IMG/VR virus record: IMGVR_UViG_3300005099_000100
Span: 3,032-67,031 of that record
DNA length: 64,000 nt
Source: a virus
Direction: 5' to 3' (one strand)
A program made the position numbers and the translations under genes. A model generated the notes under the pieces. The model ran no database searches, was not told the DNA's origin, and saw nothing but the letters and a program-made list of their open reading frames with translations. This document shows, piece after piece, positions 37,847 to 47,417 of the stretch (positions are counted from its first letter, which is position 1; each line of letters begins with the position of its first letter).

Positions 37847-38550
37847 TTTATATCCTCCTTCGTAGACGCAAGTATATCCGAACTTGTACCTATCAAAGTA
37901 GCGCCTACTTTAATTAGTTTTTGACAATCTTGTATTGTTCTAATACCTCCACTTGCTTTGATAGACCCCTTCCAGTATTTTCTAATAATATGTACATCAT
38001 TAACTAAACTATCAATTGATTTATATCGTCTGAGTCCTGTACACGTCTTAATAACATCTATTCCAACATCTTTAGCAAGTTTACACAGTTCTTTTATTTG
38101 TGTATCCTTAGCTCTCATAAGAGGTGTTTCTATAATTAATTTTATAGTTTTAGAAATCTGCTTGTTATTTATAGAAACTATACCGGTTGATAATTTTTCT
38201 TTTACAACTTTAAGAAAGTTAGCTATAATATCTAAATAAGGAGGATAATTAAAATAGTATTCTTGTATAGGTAATACTACATCTAACTCATCATAAAAAT
38301 CTTTATAATCGGTTAATATTGAAGGACTGTATTGATCAAACGGAAAACCATAAACGGTAACTACTTTTAAATCATATTTGTTCTTTGATATTAAATTTTT
38401 AGCAACACTGACATTGTTATAGGTGAGTACTACTGACCTATATTTTCTACTAGCCGCTAAATCTACAACATGTTTTATCTCTTTACTGGTTAGTCTCGGG
38501 TTTAAATTTGTATACTCAATACAAGACGCTATATTCATTTTACCTCCCAT
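37843..38550 (-). CDS. deoC: Deoxyribose-phosphate aldolase
   Basis: VYGFP, ELDVV, KLIIET, KTCTG (Schiff-base Lys), KASGGIR, IGTSS. Confidence 0.8.
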   Translation of the reverse strand: MGGKMNIASCIEYTNLNPRLTSKEIKHVVDLAASRKYRSVVLTYNNVSVAKNLISKNKYDLKVVTVYGFPFDQYSPSILTDYKDFYDELDVVLPIQEYYFNYPPYLDIIANFLKVVKEKLSTGIVSINNKQISKTIKLIIETPLMRAKDTQIKELCKLAKDVGIDVIKTCTGLRRYKSIDSLVNDVHIIRKYWKGSIKASGGIRTIQDCQKLIKVGATLIGTSSDILASTKEDIK

Positions 38551-39665
38551 CTTAAATCAATTTTTTGAACATTATGAATCGGTGACTTCTTAGAAACGTT
38601 AAATAAATATTGTTTAGCTTGTGAATGTTTTCTTAATTTTTCGTATGCGTATTTATCCTTGTAAATAAAGCAGCCATTTACTAATAGTGTAGTTGTCGGT
38701 GAAATGGGTAATTCATAATTACTATGAAAGTGACCTATAGTAATTACATCATAATATTCATTTTCTACTAACAGGGCCATTTCTTTAACAGCTTTTTCTA
38801 TAGTATTCAAGGTAGCTCCTCTAATATAATTACCATGAGTTAATAAATACTTATGATTCCTAATCTTATAAGTGTACATATAATCATCAGGAAGAATAAC
38901 TTCAACCCGAGGGTTTTGTTCAAACCTTTCCTTTATTAGGAGTCCTAATAGGTACTCAAAATTATTAGTGCAATCTTCTACAATAATTTGAGAGCTACTT
39001 CTTCCGTGATTACCATATTCATTGATATAAACGACTCTAGGGTATATTTCTAGCAGTTTTCGTATAAAGTCACTTATATATGCAAAAGTTAACTCAATTT
39101 GTTTACCTACACCAAAAGTTATTTCAGTTTTTTGACCTTCATAAATTCTATCGTTAGTAATTAAATCTCCTAAACTAAAGATATAAAATGTCTCAATATT
39201 ATAAGAGGGTTTGTATAGGTTAGCGAACCTATAGATACCTTGTAATAATGTTCGAAGTTCTTTTTCTTCAATTTCTTGATTATATGTAATCTCTCCCGTT
39301 ATAGGGGCTCTATTAATCATACCAGTGTGTAAATCCGATAATAGCAATACCTGATCTTCTACTTGTTTTTCTCGTTTCCATACTGATTTTAATGTAACCT
39401 TTTTATAGATGTCATTATACTTTTCCCAAAATTGTTTAGAATATTGCAAGTATTGCTTAACTTCTTGAACTACTTCTTTGTATGAATGTCTATTTGTTTT
39501 TGTGGCTAGTTCTCTTCTATATCCTATCTTACCTTGTAATCTTAAGTGGTGTTCCCATCTTTCAATCGTTCTTCGTGAAACTCTAAACAGAAGACTTAAC
39601 TCATCAGGGGACTTACCTTCGTTATACAACCTTATAAAGGTATCTTCGTCAAAATTATATTTCAT
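38535..39665 (-). CDS. HTH + calcineurin-like metallophosphoesterase
   Basis: SDLH, GD, GNHGR, THG, GHFH. Confidence 0.8.
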   Translation of the reverse strand: MKYNFDEDTFIRLYNEGKSPDELSLLFRVSRRTIERWEHHLRLQGKIGYRRELATKTNRHSYKEVVQEVKQYLQYSKQFWEKYNDIYKKVTLKSVWKREKQVEDQVLLLSDLHTGMINRAPITGEITYNQEIEEKELRTLLQGIYRFANLYKPSYNIETFYIFSLGDLITNDRIYEGQKTEITFGVGKQIELTFAYISDFIRKLLEIYPRVVYINEYGNHGRSSSQIIVEDCTNNFEYLLGLLIKERFEQNPRVEVILPDDYMYTYKIRNHKYLLTHGNYIRGATLNTIEKAVKEMALLVENEYYDVITIGHFHSNYELPISPTTTLLVNGCFIYKDKYAYEKLRKHSQAKQYLFNVSKKSPIHNVQKIDLRWEVK

Positions 39666-39683
39666 CCCTCCCCCTTATAAATA

Positions 39684-41186
39684 TTATATACATACTACTG
39701 TACTTACGTCACTTTTTTTTGTAATGTAAATTTTGGATAAATCCTCAAATACATCGTCGTGGCTAATTAAAAATATTTGTCTAAAAGGGGACTCTCGTAA
39801 CATATCTAATAGCTTATATCTATTGTTTTTGTCTAATCTATTAAAACCTTCATCTATAAATAAGAAAGTGTCTTTAAAATTTAGTGTATTAATGGCTAAT
39901 TTAAAAGCGTATGCAACTAACATTCGCTCTCCTGAACTTAGAGACATATACTGAAATTCTTTGTCGTTTCTATAAAGCTTTAATATAACTTTATTAAAAT
40001 TACGTGTTACAATATTACCTTGATTGATAAAAGACAAAGTACACGTTATATCTGTTAATTGAGTAAGATATTGATTAATTAGGGTTTCAAGGTATTGTAC
40101 GTAGTAATTCATAACATATGACTCAAACTCACGCATTGTTTCTAACATCAACTTTAAATTTTCACTTTTTAAGTGAACCTGTTTTATATCTTGGGTCTGC
40201 TTTTGAGTTAACAATAGTCTATTTAATATATTGCTCGCTCTAAATAACTTATCATTTACGTTATTTATGTTATTTTGTAATGATCTAGTATAATTTTCTA
40301 TGGTTTGAAGTCGTTTTTGAAACTTTTGTATAATTTGCTGGTATTTATTTATCTCTCCTTGATATTTATTTAATATTTGTATTTTGTTATCTAAAGGTTT
40401 AGTACAAGTAGGGCAATTTTCTTTAGTAACTATCCAATTAATAAAGCGTTTGTTCTTATCTACTAAAGTATTATATTTTGATATACAACTTGTGATCTTT
40501 AATGTTAGAGAAGTAGCTTTTTTAAGCTTATTATCCAAGAACCTAATTATATTTTGATTTTTTCTAATATACTGTTGAACCGTATTTAAACGTTTTGTAG
40601 AAAAATAATGTGTTTTTTGATTTTTCAGCATTAGTAACAAGTTATCGTTAGTCTTGAGTTGATCTTTTAAATTTACATAGGATTTGTTAAATTTTTCATA
40701 GTTAAATAGTAATTGTAAAAGCCGCTTTATTTCTGTAGTACTTAAGCTAGTTAAATCTTCAAATCGAATAGCATCAAATATAGAGAAGTTGATGCAAGTA
40801 TCGTAATCCATTCCTAATAACTCAATAATGTAGTTCTTTTTAAGTTTAATTTTATTTAAATCTACTTCTTTACCATTAACTTTAATAGATAAAGTAGATA
40901 CTCTCTTATATTTACGTATTATTTCTATTACTTTATTTTGTACCTCACAAATTAATAATACTTCACAACTTGAAGCGCCTTTTCGTACTAACTCATTGAG
41001 GCTTACTTTCGTTTTACCAAATAAAGCAAATAAAATTGCTTCTTTAATCGCGGATTTACCTACTCCATTAGAAGTATTTCTGTCCTCATCAAAACCATAA
41101 ATGTTAACTATTTTTTCTTGGGGAAAATCTATAGAAGCGCTCTCGTAGCACATAAAATTTTTTAAGGTAAGTTTTTTAAGTATCAT
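39684..41186 (-). CDS. sbcC: SbcC/Rad50-like ATPase
   Basis: LKNFM, NGVGKS, CPTC hook, LSSGE, FIDEG, ISH. Confidence 0.88.
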   Translation of the reverse strand: MILKKLTLKNFMCYESASIDFPQEKIVNIYGFDEDRNTSNGVGKSAIKEAILFALFGKTKVSLNELVRKGASSCEVLLICEVQNKVIEIIRKYKRVSTLSIKVNGKEVDLNKIKLKKNYIIELLGMDYDTCINFSIFDAIRFEDLTSLSTTEIKRLLQLLFNYEKFNKSYVNLKDQLKTNDNLLLMLKNQKTHYFSTKRLNTVQQYIRKNQNIIRFLDNKLKKATSLTLKITSCISKYNTLVDKNKRFINWIVTKENCPTCTKPLDNKIQILNKYQGEINKYQQIIQKFQKRLQTIENYTRSLQNNINNVNDKLFRASNILNRLLLTQKQTQDIKQVHLKSENLKLMLETMREFESYVMNYYVQYLETLINQYLTQLTDITCTLSFINQGNIVTRNFNKVILKLYRNDKEFQYMSLSSGERMLVAYAFKLAINTLNFKDTFLFIDEGFNRLDKNNRYKLLDMLRESPFRQIFLISHDDVFEDLSKIYITKKSDVSTVVCI

Positions 41187-42097
41187 ATTTCTAATATTTT
41201 TTGTAGTTGACTTCGTATTGTTTTGTCTACTTTTTTTTCGGTACAGAATTGATTAAATAAAGTTTTAAGGTTTATTTGTTTTGTTTTGTTAATGCCTTTT
41301 ACTTTTGATGGGGATGTCTTTATATCATATTTAAATTCTACAAATCTTTGCCGGTATTTGGATATTATATCTTTAATTCCAACCAATGTATTTGCAGTAT
41401 ATGAATCTAGACTAAATATGACTTTAACCTTATGATTAAAATTAAGGTTTTGTAATGTAGTTTCTGCTTCTTTTGCATTTTTAAATTCATATTGACTCAT
41501 AGGTATTACCTTCAAAGGTATAAACTTATAAGTTAAATCTTCAATATTAATTTTAAATACTCCTTTAGAGTTATCATTTCTCTCCCCGAAGTTTATATAG
41601 TAAGGAGAGCCTGGATGTAACACTAGAGGTTTTTCTGAGATTACTTGAGGTTTATGTATATGTCCTAACAATAAAATATCCGCTTGAATTGACTTATAAC
41701 TAAAATTACCCAAAGATACTTCATTAGGTCCTATTTTACTTTCACTAACGTTAGAATGTTTTAATACTATTTGTTTACCTTTTACAACTATACTTAGTTC
41801 ATCAGGTGAAAATATCAAGTTAGGATGTATTCGTTTTGACCATATTAGAGAATTAATCTTACCTTTATCATGATTACCTGAGATTAAATATATAGAAGTA
41901 GTTAAGGGAATACCTTTTAGAAACTTTATAAATACATCAATCTCTTCAGCAGTTGGAGTAGAAGTATCAAATACATCACCTAAAATAAATAGTAAGGGAT
42001 AAGACCGGCTGAGTACTTGAATTTGGTCTAGTATATTAGATAATTCTTTTAATCTTGAACGTGTAATATGAAAATCTCCCGTAACTAATGCGTACAC
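41183..42097 (-). CDS. sbcD: SbcD/Mre11-like nuclease
   Basis: GDFH, GDVFD, GNHD, LGHIH, PGSP..FGE. Confidence 0.88.
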   Translation of the reverse strand: MYALVTGDFHITRSRLKELSNILDQIQVLSRSYPLLFILGDVFDTSTPTAEEIDVFIKFLKGIPLTTSIYLISGNHDKGKINSLIWSKRIHPNLIFSPDELSIVVKGKQIVLKHSNVSESKIGPNEVSLGNFSYKSIQADILLLGHIHKPQVISEKPLVLHPGSPYYINFGERNDNSKGVFKINIEDLTYKFIPLKVIPMSQYEFKNAKEAETTLQNLNFNHKVKVIFSLDSYTANTLVGIKDIISKYRQRFVEFKYDIKTSPSKVKGINKTKQINLKTLFNQFCTEKKVDKTIRSQLQKILEI

Positions 42098-42594
42098 TTA
42101 CTTCTACACCCCTTTACAGATATATATCTATTAGGTTGTAACATACACTTAATTCGCATAGGGCATCCTTCACAATAAGTTTCTGGTAATACTAGTAACG
42201 CTCTTATAGTTACTTTAATAGCTAGCACTAATTCATTTTCGATAAGTGTTATAGGTTGTGATATGAGCAAGTGAGGCTTTGTAATACTAGTAGATACAAT
42301 TAGAGGAGTGGCTTGAGCTAACTCTTTTCCTAATTTATTGTATATGTGTATACCCTCAGTACTAAGCAACGGTGTAGTACATAAAATACTAGTAGTATAA
42401 GGTATCGTAAAAGTGACATCTTTAAACGTCGCTGTGTTAGTATTTAAAATACTAGGGTTATTAACTTCCCAGGCAATTGGTTCTGAAATAGGTATTCTAA
42501 CTTGATCATCTGTGACCCTTAATATTTTAATATCCTTATATTTCGATGTCAGATAATCTATCATTGCTTTTCTTATTAATACTTCGGATAACAT
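42085..42594 (-). CDS. Hypothetical protein
   Basis: 169-aa ORF with C-terminal Cys cluster. Confidence 0.5.
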   Translation of the reverse strand: MLSEVLIRKAMIDYLTSKYKDIKILRVTDDQVRIPISEPIAWEVNNPSILNTNTATFKDVTFTIPYTTSILCTTPLLSTEGIHIYNKLGKELAQATPLIVSTSITKPHLLISQPITLIENELVLAIKVTIRALLVLPETYCEGCPMRIKCMLQPNRYISVKGCRSKCTH

Positions 42595-42598
42595 ATTT

Positions 42599-42889
42599 TT
42601 ATCTAATTTTTATTGATACTGTTAATATATATTGAGGTAATAAAATAACTAGTCGGGGCTCTTTTTTGACAGTATATGCCTCATCAACTAACTTTGCTAT
42701 TAGTTTTGAGGTTATTCTGTAACTCGATTTGTCCGTAGTTTTAACTTCTATTAAATAGTTTTTTGACTTTTTATCTGACTTGTCAAACCACAGAGCCCCA
42801 CTATTAATGGTGTCAGAGACTACTTTTTCTCCTTTTCTACCTCGCTTACGGGAAGTAGATTTTTGTAAATATTTAGGAATCTGATTCAT
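42599..42889 (-). CDS. PD-(D/E)xK nuclease, Holliday junction resolvase-like
   Basis: E..V, SGA..KSD, IEVKTT. Confidence 0.6.
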   Translation of the reverse strand: MNQIPKYLQKSTSRKRGRKGEKVVSDTINSGALWFDKSDKKSKNYLIEVKTTDKSSYRITSKLIAKLVDEAYTVKKEPRLVILLPQYILTVSIKIR

Positions 42890-43040
42890 CTGTTTTTCTT
42901 CCAGCGTCTTCTAATTCTTTTAGTTGTGATAATAATTTAATTCTTTCTTTATCGATCTGTTCAAAACGCGCTTTAAGAGCTTCCTGAGCTCTAATTAGAT
43001 CAAATAATCTTGCTTTAATTTCTCTAATATCTTCATTCAT
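42873..43040 (-). CDS. Small coiled-coil protein (55 aa, not in ORF track)
   Basis: GGAGGTG SD; MNEDIREIKARLFDLIRAQEALK... Confidence 0.55.
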   Translation of the reverse strand: MNEDIREIKARLFDLIRAQEALKARFEQIDKERIKLLSQLKELEDAGRKTDESDS

Positions 43041-43051
43041 TATAACACCTC

Positions 43052-43240
43052 CTATTTTTTATCTTCTTTTTCTTGTTTTTTAGGATCCTCTGAAGTATTT
43101 ACTCTAAGATCTGCAAGTATCTCGAGTACTAACTTTAGATTAGAGTTAATTACGTCAAGAGCTTTAATTATATCAGTTGTAGTTGAACCTGTAGTGTCTA
43201 CGCTCTTAAAGTCTTTAAATATAACCCCGCGTCTACGCAT
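43052..43240 (-). CDS. Hypothetical protein
   Basis: Strong SD GGAGGAGGTG. Confidence 0.55.
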   Translation of the reverse strand: MRRRGVIFKDFKSVDTTGSTTTDIIKALDVINSNLKLVLEILADLRVNTSEDPKKQEKEDKK

Positions 43241-43258
43241 ATTTACACCTCCTCCTTT

Positions 43259-43744
43259 TTAATCCCATAAATTTAAAAAATACTCTTTGAATAAATCAAA
43301 ACCTTTTTCTACTTTTTCTATTTCTTTTTTAGTTAACACTTTAATTCCGTATTTTTTATAACGAGCTACTAGCTTTTTACGTAATTTTGGAGTATACTCT
43401 TGTAGAGGTATGTATTCTACCTTGATATCTATAACTTTTCTAAATGTCTCAAAAGTATATATTATATTGTCTAGTATACTTTGCCATTTTTTCACAGGAG
43501 ACTTTTGACTATCAAGAGAAGTAGGATAACTACTACCTTTTTCTTTGAGTTTTTTTATACAGGGTACTATGATGCCACATAAATAATAAGATAAATTATA
43601 CCAGTCGCCGTCTGACCACCCGCGTTTACCTCTTTGAATAAAATACCTAACTTCTTTAATAGGATAAGTTACCTTCCAAAACCAGAAATGTTTAAGACTG
43701 CTTCTAATATCTTTAAGTACCTGTTTTAAAGTTTTTCTTTTCAT
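43259..43744 (-). CDS. Conserved hypothetical phage protein
   Basis: QRGKRGWSD.DW.NL..YL...GFDLFKEYFLNLWD. Confidence 0.6.
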   Translation of the reverse strand: MKRKTLKQVLKDIRSSLKHFWFWKVTYPIKEVRYFIQRGKRGWSDGDWYNLSYYLCGIIVPCIKKLKEKGSSYPTSLDSQKSPVKKWQSILDNIIYTFETFRKVIDIKVEYIPLQEYTPKLRKKLVARYKKYGIKVLTKKEIEKVEKGFDLFKEYFLNLWD

Positions 43745-44562
43745 AATTTACCACTCCTTTTAATTATATTTGCATTATGTATAGCTATCTGTAACACTTT
43801 CTTGTTAAAAGGCTCATAAAAGTTAAGAGTACCTGATTTATTTATCACACGGTCAAACAAACCGTATTTATCTAACTTAATATTATCAAGTGCTAATACA
43901 AAAGGCGTAGAAGTGTCTACTGTTTTTATTTGTTTAAAATGTCTCATAAAAGATAATTCTTGGGTAAAGTTAAAACCCGCGCCTAATAAATGGCAATCAC
44001 TAGTAAAAGTATATAACTTTAACTTTTGAAACAAATATATACGTGCAAAAGTTACATCGTCGTCTCTATTATTCGGTGATATAATACCACAAATCTTAGC
44101 GCATGTTAGATAGGGTAATCCATATATAATGTTAAACTGATTAACCCACCTAAATTTATTGATAATAAAGGTGTTTATACAGTCTTGTAATTCTCTTACT
44201 GTTTTACCTTGTACTACAAACATAAACTTCATGTTTTTCAGTTTTTTATTATTTTTATTAGCTTTAAGTATTTGTAAAAAATTTAGAGAGCGTCTTAATG
44301 TTGATTTTTTATCCATCCATACATCAGGTAATACTAGTACATTTACTTTAAAATCTATAGCTAACTTAAACAAAATGTCAAAATCAATAGACTCACCTAG
44401 CTCAGCACATCCATTATCTAAAATTTTATATTTAGAAGAATATTTATAAAACTTTGCGTAATCTTTGTCTCGTTGTAACATATGTGCTAGTATAAAATGG
44501 TAATCGTTTACCTTATCAAATTTTTTCATGTATGATATAGGCACTTCAAAACTAAATAGCAT
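43741..44562 (-). CDS. TGT/DpdA-like TIM-barrel protein (candidate DNA 7-deazaguanine transglycosylase)
   Basis: ILDNG..E.G, LPD, VVQG, HLLG, VDTS motifs; near queC and folE2. Confidence 0.6.
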   Translation of the reverse strand: MLFSFEVPISYMKKFDKVNDYHFILAHMLQRDKDYAKFYKYSSKYKILDNGCAELGESIDFDILFKLAIDFKVNVLVLPDVWMDKKSTLRRSLNFLQILKANKNNKKLKNMKFMFVVQGKTVRELQDCINTFIINKFRWVNQFNIIYGLPYLTCAKICGIISPNNRDDDVTFARIYLFQKLKLYTFTSDCHLLGAGFNFTQELSFMRHFKQIKTVDTSTPFVLALDNIKLDKYGLFDRVINKSGTLNFYEPFNKKVLQIAIHNANIIKRSGKL

Positions 44563-44574
44563 GAGAACTCCTTT

Positions 44575-45135
44575 CTATTTAGTTAAAATATCAGTTACTA
44601 CACCTTTATTAAGACACTCTACTGCATTTAACCACAACTCACCATTTTTAGCTTTTGTCATATCAGACGGAGTAAGCTTAGTTCTATTTTTGATAAATTT
44701 AAATAAACGATCTTGTTCTTGTTTAAGATAATGAGTTCTATGTAATACCTTAGTAGTATAATCTCCACTAATTCCCCCAGACATATCATGGATCATCCAT
44801 ACTGAGTGCCTTGTTATAACTCGTTTTTTTCCAGCTAAAGATATGAGTGCTGCCATTGAACACGCTTGACCGCTAATAATAGTAATAACTGGTACTTTTA
44901 TATTATTAATAATATCTATTATAGCAAAACCTTGTCGAACACTGCCTCCAGGAGAATTAATCCACAATATAATAGGTTTTTTCGAAATATGATCTAGTGC
45001 AAGTAATTTTTTTATAATATTATTCGCTAAATCTGTAGTTATAACTCCAAATAAAAATATTTCTCTCTTTTGGAGAAGTATTTGATCAATATCAATTTTT
45101 AATTCTTTCTTAGTAGACTTTTTTTTCTTTTTCAT
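44575..45135 (-). CDS. clpP: ClpP-like protease
   Basis: INSPGGSV, ACSMAA, MIH. Confidence 0.85.
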   Translation of the reverse strand: MKKKKKSTKKELKIDIDQILLQKREIFLFGVITTDLANNIIKKLLALDHISKKPIILWINSPGGSVRQGFAIIDIINNIKVPVITIISGQACSMAALISLAGKKRVITRHSVWMIHDMSGGISGDYTTKVLHRTHYLKQEQDRLFKFIKNRTKLTPSDMTKAKNGELWLNAVECLNKGVVTDILTK

Positions 45136-45803
45136 AAAATGATTCCTAAGTCTTTAGGTAATTTTTTAATAGTTTTAGCAATTTCTAAAGATTCAAATCG
45201 TTCTATACACGTACCACATTTACCACAATGAGTTTCTCCACCTCTATAACAAGACCACGTTTCTTTATCATAGTCAATCCCTAGTTTCGAACCAATAAAC
45301 GCTATTTGACCTTTTGTAAGTCGAGTAAAGGGTGCAAATATTTTTATTTTATTGTAAGTACCTAAGATAGACGAAGTATTAAGTGAACTTATAAATTCTT
45401 CTCTACAGTCCGGATAAATAGCATGATCTCCAGCATGATTTGCAATAGCTACACAATCATACTTTAAGTTCTCAGCATATCCTATAGCAATAGATAACAT
45501 TATCATATTTCGATTAGGTACTACTGTTAACTTCATTGATTTGTCTTCATAATGTCCGTTAGGAACTTCTATGTCTCCAGTTAAAGCTGAGTTAGATATT
45601 AACTCTTGAATATTTGATAAATTAATTATCTTGTGGGGTACTCCTAGTTTATTACATACTTTTTTAGCGTACTCAAGTTCTTTTTTATGACGTTGCCCGT
45701 AATTAAAACTTAAAGCTTTTACCTCTGCCTTAAGAGACTTAACTAGATAATATAGCAAAGTAGTTGAATCCATACCTCCAGATATTATAATTATAGATTT
45801 CAT
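45132..45803 (-). CDS. queC: 7-cyano-7-deazaguanine synthase
   Basis: SGGMDST, YGQRH..E, VPNRN, YPDCR, TWSCY..CGKCGTC. Confidence 0.95.
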   Translation of the reverse strand: MKSIIIISGGMDSTTLLYYLVKSLKAEVKALSFNYGQRHKKELEYAKKVCNKLGVPHKIINLSNIQELISNSALTGDIEVPNGHYEDKSMKLTVVPNRNMIMLSIAIGYAENLKYDCVAIANHAGDHAIYPDCREEFISSLNTSSILGTYNKIKIFAPFTRLTKGQIAFIGSKLGIDYDKETWSCYRGGETHCGKCGTCIERFESLEIAKTIKKLPKDLGIIL

Positions 45804-46012
45804 TTACTTCTCCCTATTTTTTGATATAAAATATTAAATGACTTATCCCACATTAAATTTATACAACTTAAATGAAATTGTTCTGCCTGTACAGTATTAC
45901 CTTCCTTTGTACCTACTATAGGGATGAGTACTACTTCTTCTTTTTTGTTAGTTTTACAAATCGGACATTTCCACTTATCAGACAGATTTGGTTCTTTAAA
46001 AACTCTCATCAC
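45800..46012 (-). CDS. Small Zn-binding protein
   Basis: CPIC..H..C. Confidence 0.5.
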   Translation of the reverse strand: MMRVFKEPNLSDKWKCPICKTNKKEEVVLIPIVGTKEGNTVQAEQFHLSCINLMWDKSFNILYQKIGRSK

Positions 46013-46350
46013 TTCTTCTCTCTTTCTTTAAGTAGCTCTACTAATATATGAACTGGTCCCTTTTTAGGATACACCCAAAATTTCCACCACTTGCGTTTAT
46101 ATAATGGACACTCAAAATTGTAATTTAGTTTACAGCTATAATCACCTCCAAGGGTATTAAAATTAACTTTATATCTAGACACTAAGGTTTCGTGTAACAC
46201 CTTATTACGACCTTTCCTAACTTTATTACCTTTATGATTTATAGTAATATTACAAAACAAAGGATTTAAAGTAGACAATCCATAACAGGCATAACCTTCA
46301 CCATATACATTCCTAAACCATTCACAATTTTTACAATAAATCTTCTTCAT
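46009..46350 (-). CDS. Cys-rich hypothetical protein
   Basis: YCKNCEWF..C..C; coupled. Confidence 0.5.
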   Translation of the reverse strand: MKKIYCKNCEWFRNVYGEGYACYGLSTLNPLFCNITINHKGNKVRKGRNKVLHETLVSRYKVNFNTLGGDYSCKLNYNFECPLYKRKWWKFWVYPKKGPVHILVELLKEREKK

Positions 46351-47201
46351 TTTAACCCCCTACTTGCTTCAATCCATTTTTTACCTTTTAGTTTTCTGTA
46401 GATATAAGCTACCGCATCATGAGTATGAATACTCTCTTTATTAACCACTTTAACTTTATATCTTTTTACTATACCACTACTTTGAAGTGTAGTAGCAATA
46501 TCCCTTGCAATATCTTCTACAAATTTCGGATTCTCATAAGCCTTTTCAGTAACATATTTTTCGTCGGGTCTTTTGAGTACTGGGTATACTCTACAAGAAA
46601 AACAATCTTCAATAACGCCGACAAGATCTTCTATCCACATCGTACGTTTTCTTTTAGTTTCTACGGTTACTGTAACTATACTACGTTGATTATGTGCACC
46701 TTTACCTATATTCTTTTTACTATCCACAAGTGACATTGATTTAGAACAGGGGCATAAGCTAGTTCCAATAGCTGATACACGTAAATTAAAAGTATACTCA
46801 TTATGTTTGTTAATATGACCTATAAAAGAGCAATCATAAGACATAACTGATTTTTCCTTAGATACCGGAGCTACTCTGTCGATAAAGTATTTAAAGTTAA
46901 TTTCAGCATAAGCGTCTTCAGTATCACTTCTGTTCTTAAGGTCATATAAAAATTTCCATAAGACCCACCTACTAAAACTGGTGTAACGATACTTCATTAA
47001 AGTCCTAACAGTTCGTGACATATTAATTCCTTTAATATTATGTTTAAGTGATACGAACAGATTTACTTTAGCATAACATAATACTTTCTTCCCTTCTTTA
47101 GTTTTTATATAGATAGGAAAATCTACACCAGATACACCAACTCTACTTAAACGAATAGAAGATACTTTAGTGCGTTGTATATCAGGTAAATGATCTTCCA
47201 T
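46347..47201 (-). CDS. folE2: GTP cyclohydrolase I type 2
   Basis: PDIQ, GINMSR, CPCS, AHNQR, LKRPDE..AYENPKFVED, ESIH.HDA. Confidence 0.93.
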   Translation of the reverse strand: MEDHLPDIQRTKVSSIRLSRVGVSGVDFPIYIKTKEGKKVLCYAKVNLFVSLKHNIKGINMSRTVRTLMKYRYTSFSRWVLWKFLYDLKNRSDTEDAYAEINFKYFIDRVAPVSKEKSVMSYDCSFIGHINKHNEYTFNLRVSAIGTSLCPCSKSMSLVDSKKNIGKGAHNQRSIVTVTVETKRKRTMWIEDLVGVIEDCFSCRVYPVLKRPDEKYVTEKAYENPKFVEDIARDIATTLQSSGIVKRYKVKVVNKESIHTHDAVAYIYRKLKGKKWIEASRGLK

Positions 47202-47416
47202 TATTTCTCCTTTCCTATAATATAATTTTTAATACCCGTGATTAATAATATTACACCCATACATGAAAGTCCTATAAGATGTTTACTGATACATACTGTT
47301 GTAAATAATATACAAGAAAAAGAGTAAAGTAGCCACGCCCTATTACATTTCACCGTTAAATTTAAGCTTACTACTGTAAGTATTGCGGATAAAATGTCGA
47401 GGATTCTTATTATCAT
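47201..47416 (-). CDS. 3-TM membrane protein, half-PnuC/SemiSWEET-like
   Basis: 71 aa, three hydrophobic helices, AW..., GIKNY end. Confidence 0.45.
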   Translation of the reverse strand: MIIRILDILSAILTVVSLNLTVKCNRAWLLYSFSCILFTTVCISKHLIGLSCMGVILLITGIKNYIIGKEK

Positions 47417-47417
47417 G

